From Lama glama (taxonomy: Eukaryota): DNA of 64,000 bases. The position numbers were made by a program, and so were the translations under genes. A model generated the notes under the pieces. It was not told the origin of the DNA, made no database searches, and worked only from the letters and a program-made list of their open reading frames with translations. Positions 39,501-54,057 of this stretch are shown one piece after another. The first letter of the stretch is position 1, and each line of letters opens with the position of its first letter. The stretch is from assembly GCA_028534125.1 (NCBI GenBank), contig CM052845.1:24180001-24244000 (forward strand). The letters run 5' to 3'.

Positions 39501-41119
39501 ACGATAGAGGTTGCTAAAGGGGCTCTCCCTTTCCAATAGTGAAGGCAGCTTTTTTCTGAATTAATGAGCAGACGCAGGACGCTTACGTGCACTCTGCCAC
39601 CGCCTCGTAAGGAATTCCTCCCCAGTGTCCTCGCCCGTCTAGCGTCCCGTCCGCGTGTCCAGCCACACGCCTGTGATGCCAGAGTCCCCGTGCCCCGCCC
39701 GCTGAGGCCCCCCCACACCAGAACCCCTCCGCCCACTCGGTGAACAGCCACTGAGTCTGGGGTTAATTCGCAACGAAAACACAGAGCGGAGGCCCTTCAT
39801 CGAGTCTGGGACCCTGGCAGGGGCCTCAGCACTGGTCGGGTGGTAGGATGTGCTCACTGGCTTCGGCTGCTCCTGCAAATGCCACTTTCCAGGGCGCTTT
39901 CCTCTCTGGGAACCACTTAACGAGCCGCACACACAAGGCTGGGGAGGGCAGCCGCTGACCTCGCTCCAGGGTCCTCGTTCACTTTTTGGGCCACGGGGCA
40001 GCCCCAGGAAGACCATCAGAGCGGCGTGCCTGCAACGACACGGTCCAAAGCCGCCACGAGGAAGCGACATCCACAACTCTAAATGCCACTTCAGGGGCTC
40101 CGCTGTCTGGTGCTAGAAGCCGGTGCCGATGTGGAGGAGTTCACGCCCTTGGTGTCTGTCTGCGGCCAAAGCCAGGTCTAGGCCATGTGCTGTGTGAGGT
40201 TCAGGGGTGGGTGGGGGTCTGGTGTGTGGAATACTTAAGTGGGTAAGTGATGTCCTTCAGGAGGCAAAGCGAGGTTCACCAGAGCCCACTCCACCAGGCC
40301 GCATCCTGCAGCTTTAATTTCTTCCTCGTGAAGCACGTGTCTAGGACTCGCTGGGCTGTAAGGTGCCCTGAGTGCCCAAGTGGTGACGAACCAGGCGCAC
40401 CTGCTCCGTCTGCCCTGCAGGCACCACGGTCACCGACACACGGGACCCTCGCCAGCAGCCCTTCTGTGGGGTTGCACCGTTTTAGCCCTGCTTTTCCAAA
40501 GAGGAAATGAGATGGAACTTCACCAACGTCATACAATCCACCAGCCCAGCTCTTAGAAGGTGGAGGGCCCAGAAAGGGGCCCCGCGGCCGGGCTCCAGCG
40601 GCCACGCTGGGAAGTCCCAGGCCCGAAGCCCGGAGTCCTTCTGTCCGTCACCAGTTTTGACCAGAAAGCAGCTGGCTCTGCTGCGTCCGCGTGCTGGGAT
40701 GACAAATGCCCACAAAGAGCCCGCACGTCTGGCCGGCTGCCCGGCGCATCCTGTGAGCAGAATTCTCGTGACGGCATCTGCCCGCACCCCGTTCTGAGCG
40801 TAAAGCAGATGGAGGCGGCGGGGAAGATCGTGGAGGGGATGGCTCCGACTGCTCTGCCCGGGTGGGCGTGATTTAGGGGAATGACAGTGCGGTGAACCTT
40901 CTGGGAGAAGTAAAATTACTGAGAAATTCCTTTCTAAAGAAAGCTTTTATGTAACAGCTATTCTCAAAGTCCAAACTCCTTAGGCTGGTAAATGAGGCAC
41001 GCGCCATCTGTTTCCCTGTCTCCTCCGCCCTCATCTCTCACCCCACTCCCCACTCTGCTCGAACGCCTCTCCATCCTCCAGCAGGAGCACAGACGGCCAC
41101 CACACCCTGGGAAGGCCCA

Positions 41120-41123
<4 letters not shown>

Positions 41124-41173
<50 letters not shown>
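41124..41173. repeat. (GT)25 microsatellite in KBTBD11 intron 1
   Basis: Read directly from the sequence. Confidence 0.95.
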
Positions 41174-41175
<2 letters not shown>

Positions 41176-43374
41176 CCCATATAGGTGTCCCTGTGCACTT
41201 CCACCCTGGCGCCTCTGCCGCCCAGAGCCCCCTGCCCTCCTCGGAGCCAGAACTCTTGCTCATCCGCAGGCTCAGGCCCCCGGGGACCTGCTGTGACTGG
41301 TACTGCCTTCCTCACTTCCGGAGTGAGCTACTGCGCAGTCTGTTTGCACAGAAGGCCTTATTTTAGAGCCTCACGTGCATACGTGGCATCCTTTTCCACG
41401 AGGATGTGGAATTCATGGAAATGCATCCATCGTTCCAACCTCGGCACAGGGATGCGTCCTGCAGAGCCACCGGGAAAGGCTGGACTGGCGGTGAACGAAT
41501 GAACACTGACCAGGGAAACTACGACAAACAAGTCTGAAGACACCCAGGTTAGAAACTCTTCCAAAAAAGCTCTTCAGCCACACAAAGAATGACGTACACT
41601 AGGGTGTTCTCAATGAGACGTGATGCACGGCGCACCGCAACATTCTTGAAAAGGGGCCGTGGCTGTCTCTGGGTGTCGGACTAGCGCTGGCTTTATTCTC
41701 TGCTATAAACCCATGCCTGGGCTCTACACTTGCTACAATAAATACCCGTAAAGTGTTGTGGGTTTTACGCGTCCAGCCCAGGACCGCGCCCCGCTCTCAG
41801 TGCCCTGTCCAGCAGGTCTTCCTGCCGCAGTGACGTGGCCTCGGGTCGGTGCTGGAGAAGGGTTTCCGCAGGTAGGTCAGGGAGCTGAAGGCGAGGCAGA
41901 GCGTGTCCTCAGGAGAAGAAAGCAAAGCCAACCCAGAGCAAAACTGCAGGACGTGGAAAGAGAGGCCACGCTCTCCGGACAGTCAGGCCACAGCCGGGGT
42001 TGGGAGGTAGGCGAGCTCCGCTTCTGGCTTCAGGGACCACAAGTGAGGTTCTGATCCCCAGAAACTGACGTGATTCTGACCATAAACAAGAACCCGCCTC
42101 ACTGGTCGCCGCGGGGATTAAACGGACGTGCGCAGGGCCCAGACCAGCACAAGCCCTGCTCCGCGCAACCTCGCACCGTGAGCCCCGGCCCCCGAGAACA
42201 AAGCCGTTCCCAGCCCAGAGCCCCCAGCAGCCGGGCCCCGGCCAGCATCAGCACAACTCAGACGTGAGGGCAGGTGGAGGGCTCCCCACGATCTTGACTC
42301 AGGAGATGAGGAAAAGCTGACGGCCCAGGACACGAAGTTACTCATCTCAAAAGACCAAAAAACAATGAGCATCAGACCATAAAAAGGCCCGACTTGTATC
42401 TGTTCATGAAACTGGTCGGTCACGGGAATGCCCAGGGCCACCCCCCGCTGCCCCGGGTTTCGGAAGTCCAGTGAAACACTCATACTTTGAGGAGGGCGCC
42501 CCACTCTGCGGCCAGCTTCCCAGGGGCTGTGACCGAGGGTGGTGGCCATCACGAGTGTCCCCATGCCCTTGGCCGTGACAGTTCCAGGCTCTTTGGGGAA
42601 GACGAAGCCCAGGCACAGACATCACACGGACACATCCAGCAGGACAGCCAGGTCGCAAAACTCTGCTAAACAGACCGGCTGATCCGCTCTGGTTTTCAGA
42701 TCGTGGACCTTCGCTTCTAATTCCAGCACTTGGATACCCGCAGGGAGGGGGCCTCGGGACCCACCAGACGGTCCTCTGTTGGTGATGTCACAACGCACCT
42801 GGAGTCACCACACTTTACAGCAGGGGGGCCGAAGGGCACTGCTGGCGTGCTCAGGATGCGTGTGTGTCACACGCCACCGGAGGTGCAACAGGTCCTGTGG
42901 TCACCAGAATCGCAGACCTTGAAGAACTGGAAGGAAAAAGGCTGAGAGTCAATCTGCATTCACGCAGGAGAGACTCCAAGTTACACGCTAGGCTTCCGGA
43001 AGGGCCTTCGGGAAGCAAGCTGGGAACATTCTGCAGCAGAAACGTGAGCCTCTGCTTGTGGCTCAGGTTCAGGAATTACTGCCTTAGCCAAACATTAAGA
43101 TCACACACAGAATCACTGAGACCCTGGAAAGAGGCACTGGAATTGCATTACTACCCGGAAAGCTCTAGCTCTGAGGCCCAATTCTGAGCAATATTTGGGT
43201 AAACTTAACTGTCTTAAAATAAGTCTGTTTTGTGCACCCACTGAAATCAAGTCCTGCCAGTGGGAAGCTGGAGTCAGAAATGAGAGACTCCCTGCATTGA
43301 ACAGGTCCCACCCCTCGCCCAATTCTTCAGTCTGGGAAAGTCCGGTTAACGCTGATAAATAATTAACAATTTCC

Positions 43375-43700
43375 AGTCCTTTGCTCATTTACTGGGCGGA
43401 TATACACCAAATGCCTGTGGTGTACCAGGAAGTGCCCTGGGTCCCGGAAAGTGGCAGGAACCAGACTTGGCCCCACAGAACTCACGGTCTAGTGACAAAG
43501 GCAGATCTAGGCCACACTTATGTGAATTCCAGTGCAATTACAAACCACGGTGAGAGCCACAAGGATCTGGGGATAATGATGAACGGGCCTGGCTTCTCCT
43601 CGGGGACCAGGTGAGTCTCCTCTGAGAGAAGTTAGCCAGACAGAGGCGGGCAGAACACAGAGCAAACTCCTGGCGGTGGAAACAGGCTTGACCAGTTCTG
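43375..43700 (-). mobile_element. L2 3' fragment
   Basis: ctcattt...aatgcctgtggtgtaccagg...agaactcacggtctagtg pattern. Confidence 0.45.
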
Positions 43701-45689
43701 GAAACTGAAGAGGCCGGGGAGCAAGGGCCCTGTTGGGGTCTGCAGGGCCGGGCCCATCCAAGGCTCCTGGGACTCTTAAGGACGACGCGGCTCCTCCGGT
43801 GGCTTCAAAGGCGTGGAGCCCAGGCGTCGGGGCAGGAATGGGACTCACCACCTGCTCAGGGGCACACAGCTCGTGGTGCCAGGCTGAGTTAGACTCCAGG
43901 TCCCAGGACCCCCACCCATCTCACCCACCACGGCACTACCTCAACTCCAGAAACCCGAAACGCACCGAGAACACGTCCAAGATCCGACCATTTCCAAGGT
44001 TTCTGCAGATCCTGCGGCACCGCAGAAGGCGCGGTTTCCCAGGCCAGGCTGGAGCCGAGCGCGCGACACATCTGCCTTCGCCAGTGCCCCCGGGAGACGG
44101 CCACCCCCAGGACGGAGCAGATGCCGCCCGCCCCCTAGCCCCTCGTCCCACCGCTGCCGAGCTCCCTCCCAGTTCCCGGGGCCCCACAACAAGCACCCCA
44201 AGTTCACAGCCGGGGACGAGGCCCCGAGGCCACCACCAGCCGCACCCTGGGCCAAGGGGAGGCCCTGTGAGGTCAGCCGATCAAAAGTCCTCATGGAGAC
44301 TGGGATGCTGACCGAGGGCCTGAAGTCGCCTACAGTTCATTTTTAAATTTCTCAAGGGAATTTCACCTCATTCGCGATATAAACTGGGCCTGTATCTTCC
44401 ACCTCAATATTTTCCCTCAAAGTATCAACCCTTTAATAAGGTCTCATCGATTTAATAAATGGTAAGAACATTTGCGCTAAAAACCAATCACCGAGCGGTC
44501 TGTCTGACATAAGAGAAATGAAGGTAATCTTTCTTTATCTTTTGACTTCTGCACGAAGGTGGTCACCTCCACGGCTAAAAGCGCTTCACCTGACTTCCTC
44601 CTTCCATCTCCCCGGCGGAGGGAGAGCAGGAGTCGGCCCAGGTGAGGGGCTCATGCAGCGGGACGGGCTAGCACACAGCGGAGGGGAGGCCTCCGCGGAG
44701 CAGCGAGCGGCTCCACTGCCGGCCACGTGACGTCTCTGTCCCGTCCCATCCTGTGACACTGACCTACACTGGCCACACGTCCTCTTTGGCCAAAGGACCA
44801 GCGAGGGTGAGGCTTCTCCCCTCACCATGCCGTCCCCGCACTCAGGCCGCAGAAGCACCAGCCTTCGGGAGACGCAGGCCTCGAGTCAGGACGACATGCC
44901 GGAGTGGCTCTTCACCCTCCTCACTGGTTCACTCATCCCGGGACTGGACGGCGTGCAGCCTCACGTCCAGGCCCCGGAGACACCAGTGGACAGCACGTGG
45001 AGAGCCCGTTCCTGTTCCGGGGGGGACGCCCACTGCTGGGGCCAGTGCTGTGCTCTGAAGAGTCCTAGTAATTGGGCCACTCACCCCACTGAGCACAGTG
45101 CGTGCCCGGCTCCACGCAGACCCCAAGACACGGCCCACAGGTCGGGCGCACCCCTGCCTTTCTGGGGCTTCTGGTCGGGGGGGGGGAGGCAGCCTGTGAC
45201 CAGTGACCGCCTGCAGGATGCAGATGGGAGGTGCACTCCAGAGGCGCCAGGTGGGAAGGCCTGCCCTGGAGGTGCTCCCCAGAGGAAGAGTGTGCCAGAC
45301 AGACGGATGGAGGACAGTGGGGGGGGGCAGGCCGAGGGCCGCACACAGGAGCTGCAGGAAGGGCAGTTCGGGCCCCAGCGGCGGCCGGATGGTGCAGGCG
45401 CATCCTCGGTCCAGACCCCCATGAGCTCTCCTCAGGGTGACGACGGCCCCCCCGGAGGTCACGTGTGCCAGTCCTCTCCATCCTAAGCGCCCACAACTAT
45501 GCTGAGGTGAGGCTGCGCTGAAAATGGTAATAACAGCTTCCTCTCTGAGGACCCCACCTCGGACTCCTGGTGCCAACACCTAAGAGGTCAGGGGACACCG
45601 GACACCAGGCTGGAGGGAGCACTCGGGGAGGCCACAGAGTCAGAGGACACCCGGTGGTCCGGCCCCACCGCTTGCGTGCTCCCAGCCAG

Positions 45690-45845
45690 TGGCAGAAGTG
45701 CGTCTCTGTTATCAGTGCACTAATGCCCTCATGAGGCTCCACCCTCGTGACCTCAGCACCTCTCAGAGCCCCCCTCCGAATACCATCACCTGGGACAGGG
45801 GCTCAACATGTGAATTTGGGGGACACACACATTCAGTCTACAGCA
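45690..45845 (-). mobile_element. MLT1A/MST-like MaLR LTR fragment
   Basis: gctccaccctcgtgacct...aataccatcacctggg...caacatgtgaatttgggggacacacacattcagtctacagca. Confidence 0.75.
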
Positions 45846-46399
45846 GCCACTAAGTTTGTGGGGCTGATCACTGAACAATCATGCCAGCTGGAGCAAGGGT
45901 CCTGTTACCCATGTTGTGGGCTGCACCCACGGCAGTGGGAAGTGATTGGCTGCAAAACTTAGTAAGACCGGTGTCTTTAAATGACCACTCCGCCGACCGT
46001 AGGAGGAACTGTCAGAGGGATGAGCTGTGTGCAGCCGCCGGGAACCAGCGCAGTGGGAGCAGGAGGTGACAGTGCTCGGACACGACGGCAGAGCTCTGAG
46101 ACCCCTCAACCACAACACCCCAGAAAACAGCACTGATGGCCTCCGACGGCAGTGCAGCAGTCACCGACTCACAAGCACCACCTACACCACCCCTTCAACA
46201 AGTGTCCTCATGACTCAGCAGACCTCAGTGCTGTAAAAACAATCCACGTCCTGCTGCGAGTCTGAAAGCGTGAAGCTCCGTCGAGTTCATGGAGGAAACA
46301 GCACAATTAATTGGGGGTAAAGTCGCACATCTGTGACCACGGTTCAGGCGCACCTCCCGGCCCCCCTCCCACTCTCAGTTGCGCCCTGTTCCTCTGGGA

Positions 46400-46680
46400 C
46401 CTCCTCCGTCGGGTCGTGCTCACCCTTCAGACCCCAGCTCAAAGCCCCTTGGTCAGATGCTTCCTAGGGCTTATTCCTGTCCTTCCGAGAACTTGCCTGC
46501 TTGTTCTTACACTGGAAGTAACATGATTATACTTTCAATGACTCTCGCCTTATTAGGATCTAAGCTGCAAGGGACTAGGGTAGGCACCATGTCTGTTTTA
46601 AATGCCACTGTATTCCGAGCACCCAGAACTTTGCCTGACCTGGGGTAGACATTCAATGAATGTTTGTGAAAGAAAAATTA
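46400..46680 (+). mobile_element. L2 3' end
   Basis: taagctgc..agggtaggcaccatgtctgtttt...cactgtattcc.agcacccagaac...gcctgac...gtagacattcaatgaatgtttg. Confidence 0.65.
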
Positions 46681-48699
46681 ATTTTTAACCCATCGACTGT
46701 TGCATAAGGCGTGCAATGGCTTCACCTCCCAAGGCTCTGTTTAACACCCTTCCTAGCAGGAGCTGGGTTGTTGGCAGAAGGCGAACTCCTGGAAGTTCCT
46801 GCTTTATTCCAGAAGTCATTGCTCATTGTTAACTATCTTGTGAAGATGTGCCGGTGCCAACACTATAACGTTCACATAATTACAGCAATTCCAAGAGAGA
46901 AACTCAAACCAAGGCCACAGTGGAGACCACAATCCCTTGAACTCCAGAGGGCAGATTCACCACGGGAAGATAGATGTGCAGCATGGCAGGGCTGGTGTCG
47001 GTCTGCACAGGGACGGCCACCGGGGCAGCTCCGAGGCCCCCCAGCAGCCGTCCTCCAGGGTCCGCCGCCTCGGATGGAGGGAGGCTGCGGGCATGACAGC
47101 TGCCTATGTAATTCCAGGCTCGGCAGAGCCATCCATACCGACAACTCACCGCTGGTACTCAGAAAGCAACTGAAGCATGACCCCGCATGGAGGCCCCACT
47201 GCACGGAGAGCCTCTGGTCTCAGGGCCAGGACGAAGTCGCTGGACGTGGACCCTCGGCTAGAAAGAGGCCTCTGCTTTCCCATTGCCACACGGCTACTTG
47301 AATCAGAACAAGCGAAATGAAATCAAGCCATGGGGGCTGCCAAGAAAGATGTTCCGAGATGAATGATGGCCTCACTGCATTTCCACATTCTTCTGTTTTC
47401 CCAGGGCTGGAGCCAGCAACAGGCAAGGTCCTCTGGGAGAAAGGAAGCCGCCCTAGCAACAGGGATGCCCAGACCCTAGGACGGCAAGATGCCCACGCAA
47501 GCCAGGCGCCCAGGCGGCTCCTCCCTGACCTAAGATGGACATTTACCTGCTTTCTCCCCTCCTCCCAAGCCTAAGACTGCCTTGAATCCTGTAAGCCAAG
47601 TCTTTGAAAGTGTTTCGTTCTGCGTTCTAATTACAGTATCACTGGTGGCCATGCAGTGACATGAAAAGCAGGACAGACTTTATTTCATTAAAATTTTGCT
47701 TTGTTAGACCCAGAAGGGGAGCTGGAATGCCAATTTCCATACACGTGCAGACACCACACTTGTCCTGGGCAAGTCAGACAGAACAGGAGAGCGCCCTTCT
47801 GCATTTCAGGGTGGGGAGGATTCTAGCAGCAGGGCACCGCTAGCTCGGGAAAAATGCCCAAGGACAACATCGCATCCATTAAGGGATCCTAATTAGAGGC
47901 TGAGGAACTGCTGGTTGAAGAGAACCCGAGGGGGGCGGCCAGAGTACAGGCGGGGGCAGGGTGGCCTCATTCCTCGGTCGAGGGGCTGCGCAGGGACTTA
48001 AAATTTGATTGTAAAGTGCTTTCAGTGGGTTGTGCAGAAATAAAGCTATTGCACTGATCTGTTCTTTTCCTTTCCCTTAGAATAGATGTGGGGGTGGGTG
48101 GAGATAGAGAACGTAGTTTCGTAGGAACCTGAGAAGTGGTGGAATTTTTTAAAAACCTTTCTTATTTAACGTTACAGGAGCAGCCATGCGGGACTGGCGC
48201 GACCCCGCGGCCCCGCTCCCAGCCCCCCGCGGGAGGCTGGGGACCCCCCGCCCTGTGGGTGGCAGCGGGAGGCCTGCTGCTGTGGAAACCATTTAACCTC
48301 CCTCCAGGCACCTTCAGCCCGCGGTGCGGTGGGCTGGTTCCACGCAGTCTTTATTTAAACGCTACTCCTTTTAGTACTCCCGCCCCCGCGCCATCGTGAT
48401 GTCAGGCACGTTCAAACCCAGGCGACAAGCACTGTGGCGGGCTGTCTGGTCGGTCAGTGGGGCGAAGCCTGGATGAAAAGAAAGCATTCGCTGAGCACCA
48501 GCCCACACCCACGACCCCGGGCAGTTCCGGGCAGCAGCGGGACCCTGGGGGAGGCGGGGGTCCTGGTGGGCGGCCGCAGGGCAGTCAGGGAGGGAGACGG
48601 AGGAGGAACGGCGAGGTGCTTCCGCACGAACTCCGGCACGTTCCTCCCCTCCCCCAGGCCCCAGGTCGGGGAGGGACCTCCCACCCGCTTCCTGCAGCC

Positions 48700-49880
48700 C
48701 CTCCAGATGGGCAGCGTTGCCCGGCTGTGACCGTCCGCGAGGCACGGCCCGGCAGCCCCTCGGAAAGGGGAACTGGCGGCCAAGCCAGCCGCTAACGTGG
48801 CCACGGCGCCAGGGCCGCCTCCCCAAGGAGCGCGCAGCCTGGGCAGCGGGGCGCCGGGCCTGGCTCCTCCCCGCCGGGCCTCGGGCCGCTCCGCCCCCGG
48901 CTGGCTCCGGCTGGGCTCGGTGCGCGGGGGCGCGATCGGCGGCGGGAACGGCAGTGGCCACGGCGCCCCCGGGGCTGTGTCCTCGGAGGCGGTCACCGCG
49001 GGCGCAGAGCGGGGACTGGCGGTCACCCGCTTCCGGCAGGATTGCCCTAGGGGAATCCCCGCGCCTCCGCCCCCGTTCCACGCGGCGCCCGGGGCGGGAC
49101 GGAGGTCCGCCCACCCCACTCCCCACACCCCCACAGCGAGCAGGGCCACCCCCGGCCGCCTCCCCATCCTGGCCCCCACCCCGCCCTGGCGGCCACCCCT
49201 GGCCCGATCAGCGCCCACCCCTGGCCCCCGCCCCGCTCGCTCTCCGCCTCCTGGGGCGTCTCGCCGCTGCCTTCCCCCTCGGGGCCCGCCCCTACCTCGC
49301 AGCTCTGCGCCTCGCCCTCCACCCCGGCGCCCATCCGAGCCCGGGACGCGGAGACCTCGCCGGGGTCTCCGACGCGCATGCGCGGGTCTCTTCCCGCGCA
49401 CCTGTGAGATCGCCTGGGGGCGGGGCGGCCGCCCTCCGCGCACCTGTGCATCATCCCGCGCGCCTCCGAGCGCCCCGCCGGCCCCGGCGCAGCCAAGCCG
49501 GCCCGGCGAGGGTCCCTTGCGGCCCCGGCCCAGGAAGCGCGCCCCCGGCCGGCCGTGGTGGCGGCGGCGGGCCCGGCACTCACCGCGTCCGTGGAGGCCG
49601 CGCCAGACGCCCAGCGGCCCCGAGGCGAGGACGCGCGCAGGAGGGCGGCCGCAGCCCCCGGCCAGGCGCGCGTGCTCTCGGGCGCGCAGCTCCGGGTGGA
49701 GCGCGCCGGCGCGGCCCTGGGTCCCGGCCCGCCCGCCGCTCGCGTAACCCTTTCCCGGCGCAGGGAGGTCCCGCGGAAACCCGGCCGGAGGCGGGGGAGC
49801 GGCGCCCACTGGAGGCGTGTCCCTGTGCGCACGGGGAGGGGCGCGGGCTGTGGGCTGGACCCCGCGGCACCTGGTAGATA
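48700..49880. promoter_or_regulatory. CpG island / KBTBD11 promoter
   Basis: Very high GC and CpG density, GC boxes, sharp drop to AT-rich sequence after about 49900. Confidence 0.85.
49584..49800 (-). other. KBTBD11: KBTBD11 non-coding exon 1 (5' boundary approximate)
   Basis: Donor CG|GTGAGT at 49578-49583 inside a large CpG island upstream of exon 2. Confidence 0.55.
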
Positions 49881-52800
49881 CTGAGTTTGAATCCAACCAC
49901 TACCCCACCAAGAAGTGAGAAACAGGTTCCCGCTGGCGCGCTGGGGTCCCTGCCAGAAGCTAGCTCTTTTGTGTCCGAGCAAGTCCCCCATCCCCTTACA
50001 AAACCATGCAATAATGGGACTTAGTGTGTATGTTTTTGGAAAATTAGGGACGATGCATTGTTGAAATATTTAGTGGTTAAAAAACTGCCCACATCCTTAC
50101 CGACTCCAGAATAAAAAAGGAAGACATTCAGAGTAGAAAAAACATTCAAGCAGAAGAAACGCTGAAACTTGTTCTTGTATCTAGAAACGTGGACACACAC
50201 ACACAGACACCCGGTCCGTGCAGCGGGGACGGGGCACAGGAGCAAAAGGCAACCAGGGACCCTCTGAACCTCGAGCCAGTCAAGAGCGAGCTCCACAACG
50301 ACCTGCCGGATGGAACGCCCTTCCACCTCAACTGCCGTCTGTCCCGCGCACCGCTGCTTCCCGCCGGGTCAGCGCTGGTTAAGACCGGGCCCCTGATGGT
50401 GAATGCTATTTTTAAAGGTTTTGTTTAAAATAATGATTCAATTTCCAAGGCACAGAGAACCTGAGCCTTTTAGGTTTTTTCTTTTTAAAAATGTTGCCTT
50501 CAACAGTCTCCGCCAGTTCAATGTTATGAGCCCCTGGGTGTTCAGTACCAGAGTTAATACCCTGTGAACATCCTGTGAAAAAATCTCCATTCAGTTGCTG
50601 TGCAGAATACATCAGGATTTGGGTTAAAGGAGGCAGAAACTGAGCAAACTATCGGGAAATAACTTCTTGAAATTCAGTTCACTCTAGCAGAAACAGAACT
50701 TCGGACGCTGAAATAATTCCCATCCTGCTCCAATTTTATTTTACCCAATTCACTTCAGAAATTTCCAGACTCTCCTGGGATCTTTTCAGTGCATCCCTTT
50801 ACCTTTTTACATGGAGACTACTTGTAACACCATGATTTAAAGATGTCTGGGGGAGGGGGGATTGAAATGCATATTCCCAGCACCTCCCCACCCCATCTTT
50901 TCAAGAGACATGTCGGACTGACCCACAGCACCAGAGCTGCATCCTGTTTTGTGAATAAGCCTTCAGTGACCACCCAGCTTTCCCAGTCACAGGTGCCGTT
51001 GCCACTAAGGTCCTGGTCTGCTCTCTCCACTGCTCTGCCAGCTTCCAGAGATCCGGTAATAAGTCATATTTAACTTTCACCCTGCTGGATTTTACAAGTG
51101 CTTGGCATAGAGTAGGTTCTCAATAAATACTTATGGAAGAAGTGAAAAAAATAAATGAATGAAAACATCCATGCAACCTCTCCACCATCTAGTACAGGAG
51201 AGTAGGGAACCTCATCTATTTTCAGACTTTAGATTTTTCTTTTAATGCACTCTGGACCCAATACAGTCAATGGAAATTGCAGAGGAACATTACATGCTTT
51301 TAATGAGGAGTTCATTCGAATGCCAGGGACCTCTAGGTTTCCTGAAATTGAACCTTAAAAATGTCAAGCAGACAGACAAGTTATCCTAAATATTTTAGGG
51401 AGCGCCTGATCGCGCATGGTAGGCTTGGAAGTGTGCAAATATTACTGCCGCATGAAACTGCCTGAAAAATGGAAGTGAAGCTGTGGGCTCGTCCTGGGAG
51501 TGACGGTTTACAGGCCCCTGAATGCAGGGTCCAGGGACTTGGGTTCCAGGCTCAGGGGACTCAGAACTGCACTCAGAAGCTGCATGGACCAGCAGAGAGA
51601 GCAGGGCTTTGGGACTCAGCAGATGGGGTTTCAAACATCAGTTCCACCACTGCAAGTCTTGTGAATTTTGGAGACTTACCCTCTCCGTGTTCACTGTCCA
51701 CCTCTGTCACGTGGGGATATGACCGACCCCCCGCCCCACAAGACAAGACATGCGCCTGGAGCCACAGCTCTTAGTCCTAGTAGGGGAGCACAACTCACAC
51801 GTGCACTTGCAATTCTGTCCCTGCCTCTTCGGGTGATTTCCAGCGAATATTTTCACCTCTCCAGCTGTGCTGCCCCGTATAGTTTGCATTGTATGCATCC
51901 AGTACTTAGACCCAGAAGAGGGGGTGGCTGGTAAGTCCCAGGTGCTCCTTCTGAGCCCTGTTAGGGCCCTGGATATTGTTTTCCTACGTGTGCTAATACC
52001 AGGTAACAGATAATTTCCCCCAAGCTTTTAACAGCCCACAAGAGTTCATGCACTCCCCCAGCTTTCCAAAGGAAAAAAAAAAGCAATTAAATTCCAGTAG
52101 CCATCAGGAATTGGTCCAACTGCTACAAAGTACTCTGAGTCTCTTGGCATGAAAAATTAATTAGAGTATCTGTGTGTCGGCGTGGAAACCACAGTCCCTG
52201 CGCATTTCAGTATTCTATCCATATTGTACGAAAGGAAAGCCATCTTCCCCACTGCTCCCCTGCACTCGCCGAGCCCCAGCCTGAGTATTTTCTGCAGGTC
52301 TCTCATGAACTCTGGGTGCATCTGCATTCTTTTGTAAGCTACTCCTTAAATATTGGAAGCTCTTTTCTTCGTGTCTGAGTTTTTCCAAGTGTCTTATAAG
52401 CCGGTGCCTGAGAACCTTGTGCTCAGACTAGAGGATGCTCCCAGGTTCACAGAACATTGACCACAATCAACAGTGCACCCAGGTGGACTGTGTCAGTGCA
52501 AACATCTCATGTTAGAGACAGTCCCGGCCTAAACTAATGCCTTAGCTGTCCTGACTAGACCACCACAGCAGAGAGCTGTCTTCTTAGCCTCACACTGGGA
52601 CGGCCAGCCCTGTCAGGGGGAAGTCCTCCCCAGGAACTGCTGACTCAGTGAACAAGAGCTGCCCTGTTGGGTGCACGCCTGTCCCTCACCGCCCCGCACT
52701 GCGGTCTGCCCCGGGCGGCGGGCGTCTGCGCGGGTACTTTTCCTCAGCGGACTGCAGACTATCAGGAGGCGGTAAATTCTCAGTGGGCAAGTGTTACCGT

Positions 52801-53586
52801 CACTAAATGGCCACTAAGTTTATTAGTATTGATCCCAGTAAATGTTCTTTTGGAAGAGAAATAAAAATTTAATAGTCACTGTAAAATATTTTCATGGTAT
52901 GCATTTATAGTATTAGCGCAAGGTATCTGCCATTAAGTATGACTTCACATAAATGTGTAGAGTGCACCTCTACATCAGTGTAGGTAGAGTTCACAAAATA
53001 ATGGGTGTGGACACACACGCAGGGCTCCCTGGAGGTGGGGGCTGCTTCCATTTTACAGCTGAGGGAATTTAACTCTCAAAGAGTGTGATGTAGCTCTTTC
53101 ACTGTGTGTGAGATGGAGCAAGAATTCTAATCCCGGCCAACCTCAAAGCCTTTGTTTTCGTTTACAACGAAACACTATCCTTCCAAATGAATGATGAATG
53201 AATCCACGCTTCAGAGAGCAAATGAAGAAGGCTTATGAGCACAAAAACCACACTCCGGGGACAGGAACCCGTGTGTTAAAAATGAAATCGGTGTCCCAGG
53301 ACATCTTGGAGCTTCTTTCACCGCCCTGACTTTCACCCCGATCCCCAAGATGTTCTGAGCTGTGAGTTAAAGATCAACGTTCAAGCTTACGCTGCCCTTG
53401 GGGGGAGGAGGTGCTGATTATGCAACTTGAGAGGAATCTTGCCCCAAATGTCATTTTGCTCAAGATTCCTGCTTCAGACGGTGAGCCTGGAGGAAGTTTC
53501 CAGACAGGAAAGTCACGATGCTCGCCTGTAACCCTAGTAGGAAGACGGAGCGGGACAGAAAATGCTCTGGTACAGCCTGCCAGCGT

Positions 53587-53706
53587 GGTCCTGGTGCCGG
53601 TGCCGGTGCTGGTCCAGATGCTGGTCCTGGTCCTGGTGCTGGTGCTGGTCCAGATGCTGGTCCTGGTGCCGGTGCTGGTCCTGGTCCTGGTGCTGGTGCT
53701 GGCGCA
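53587..53706. repeat. Hexamer array (GGTGCT/GGTCCT/GGTGCC/GGTCCA/GATGCT), about 20 units
   Basis: Read directly from the sequence. Confidence 0.92.
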
Positions 53707-54057
53707 GCTGCAGGAGCCCAGGACTCGGGCTGTTCCTGTCTTGCTGAAGGGGCAGGGGGTCCCCAGAACAGGGACAGATCTTGTTGTCGAATCAGTCTGT
53801 CTGAAACCACACTGCTGTCATCACATAAGGAATATTAGTGGTGGCTTTGATGATGTGCAAGGTTAAACAGGACAAAAGTCCAAATCAACAGGTATCCACG
53901 GCATTACTGACCTCACTGCTGATAATACAGTGACTGCAAAACAGGTTTTAATTTTTCAAGTCATCTTTGCATAGTAAAGGACTAACTAATAAATCCTCAA
54001 AAGCATAAATAAGGACCTTACCCAATAGTAAATTCTGCTTAACCCCAATTTAAAGGT

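Noticed and set aside
48371-50011. Several 250-480 aa ORFs on both strands
   Set aside because: Stop-codon depletion in the CpG island; Pro/Arg/Gly/Ala-rich with no recognisable homology.
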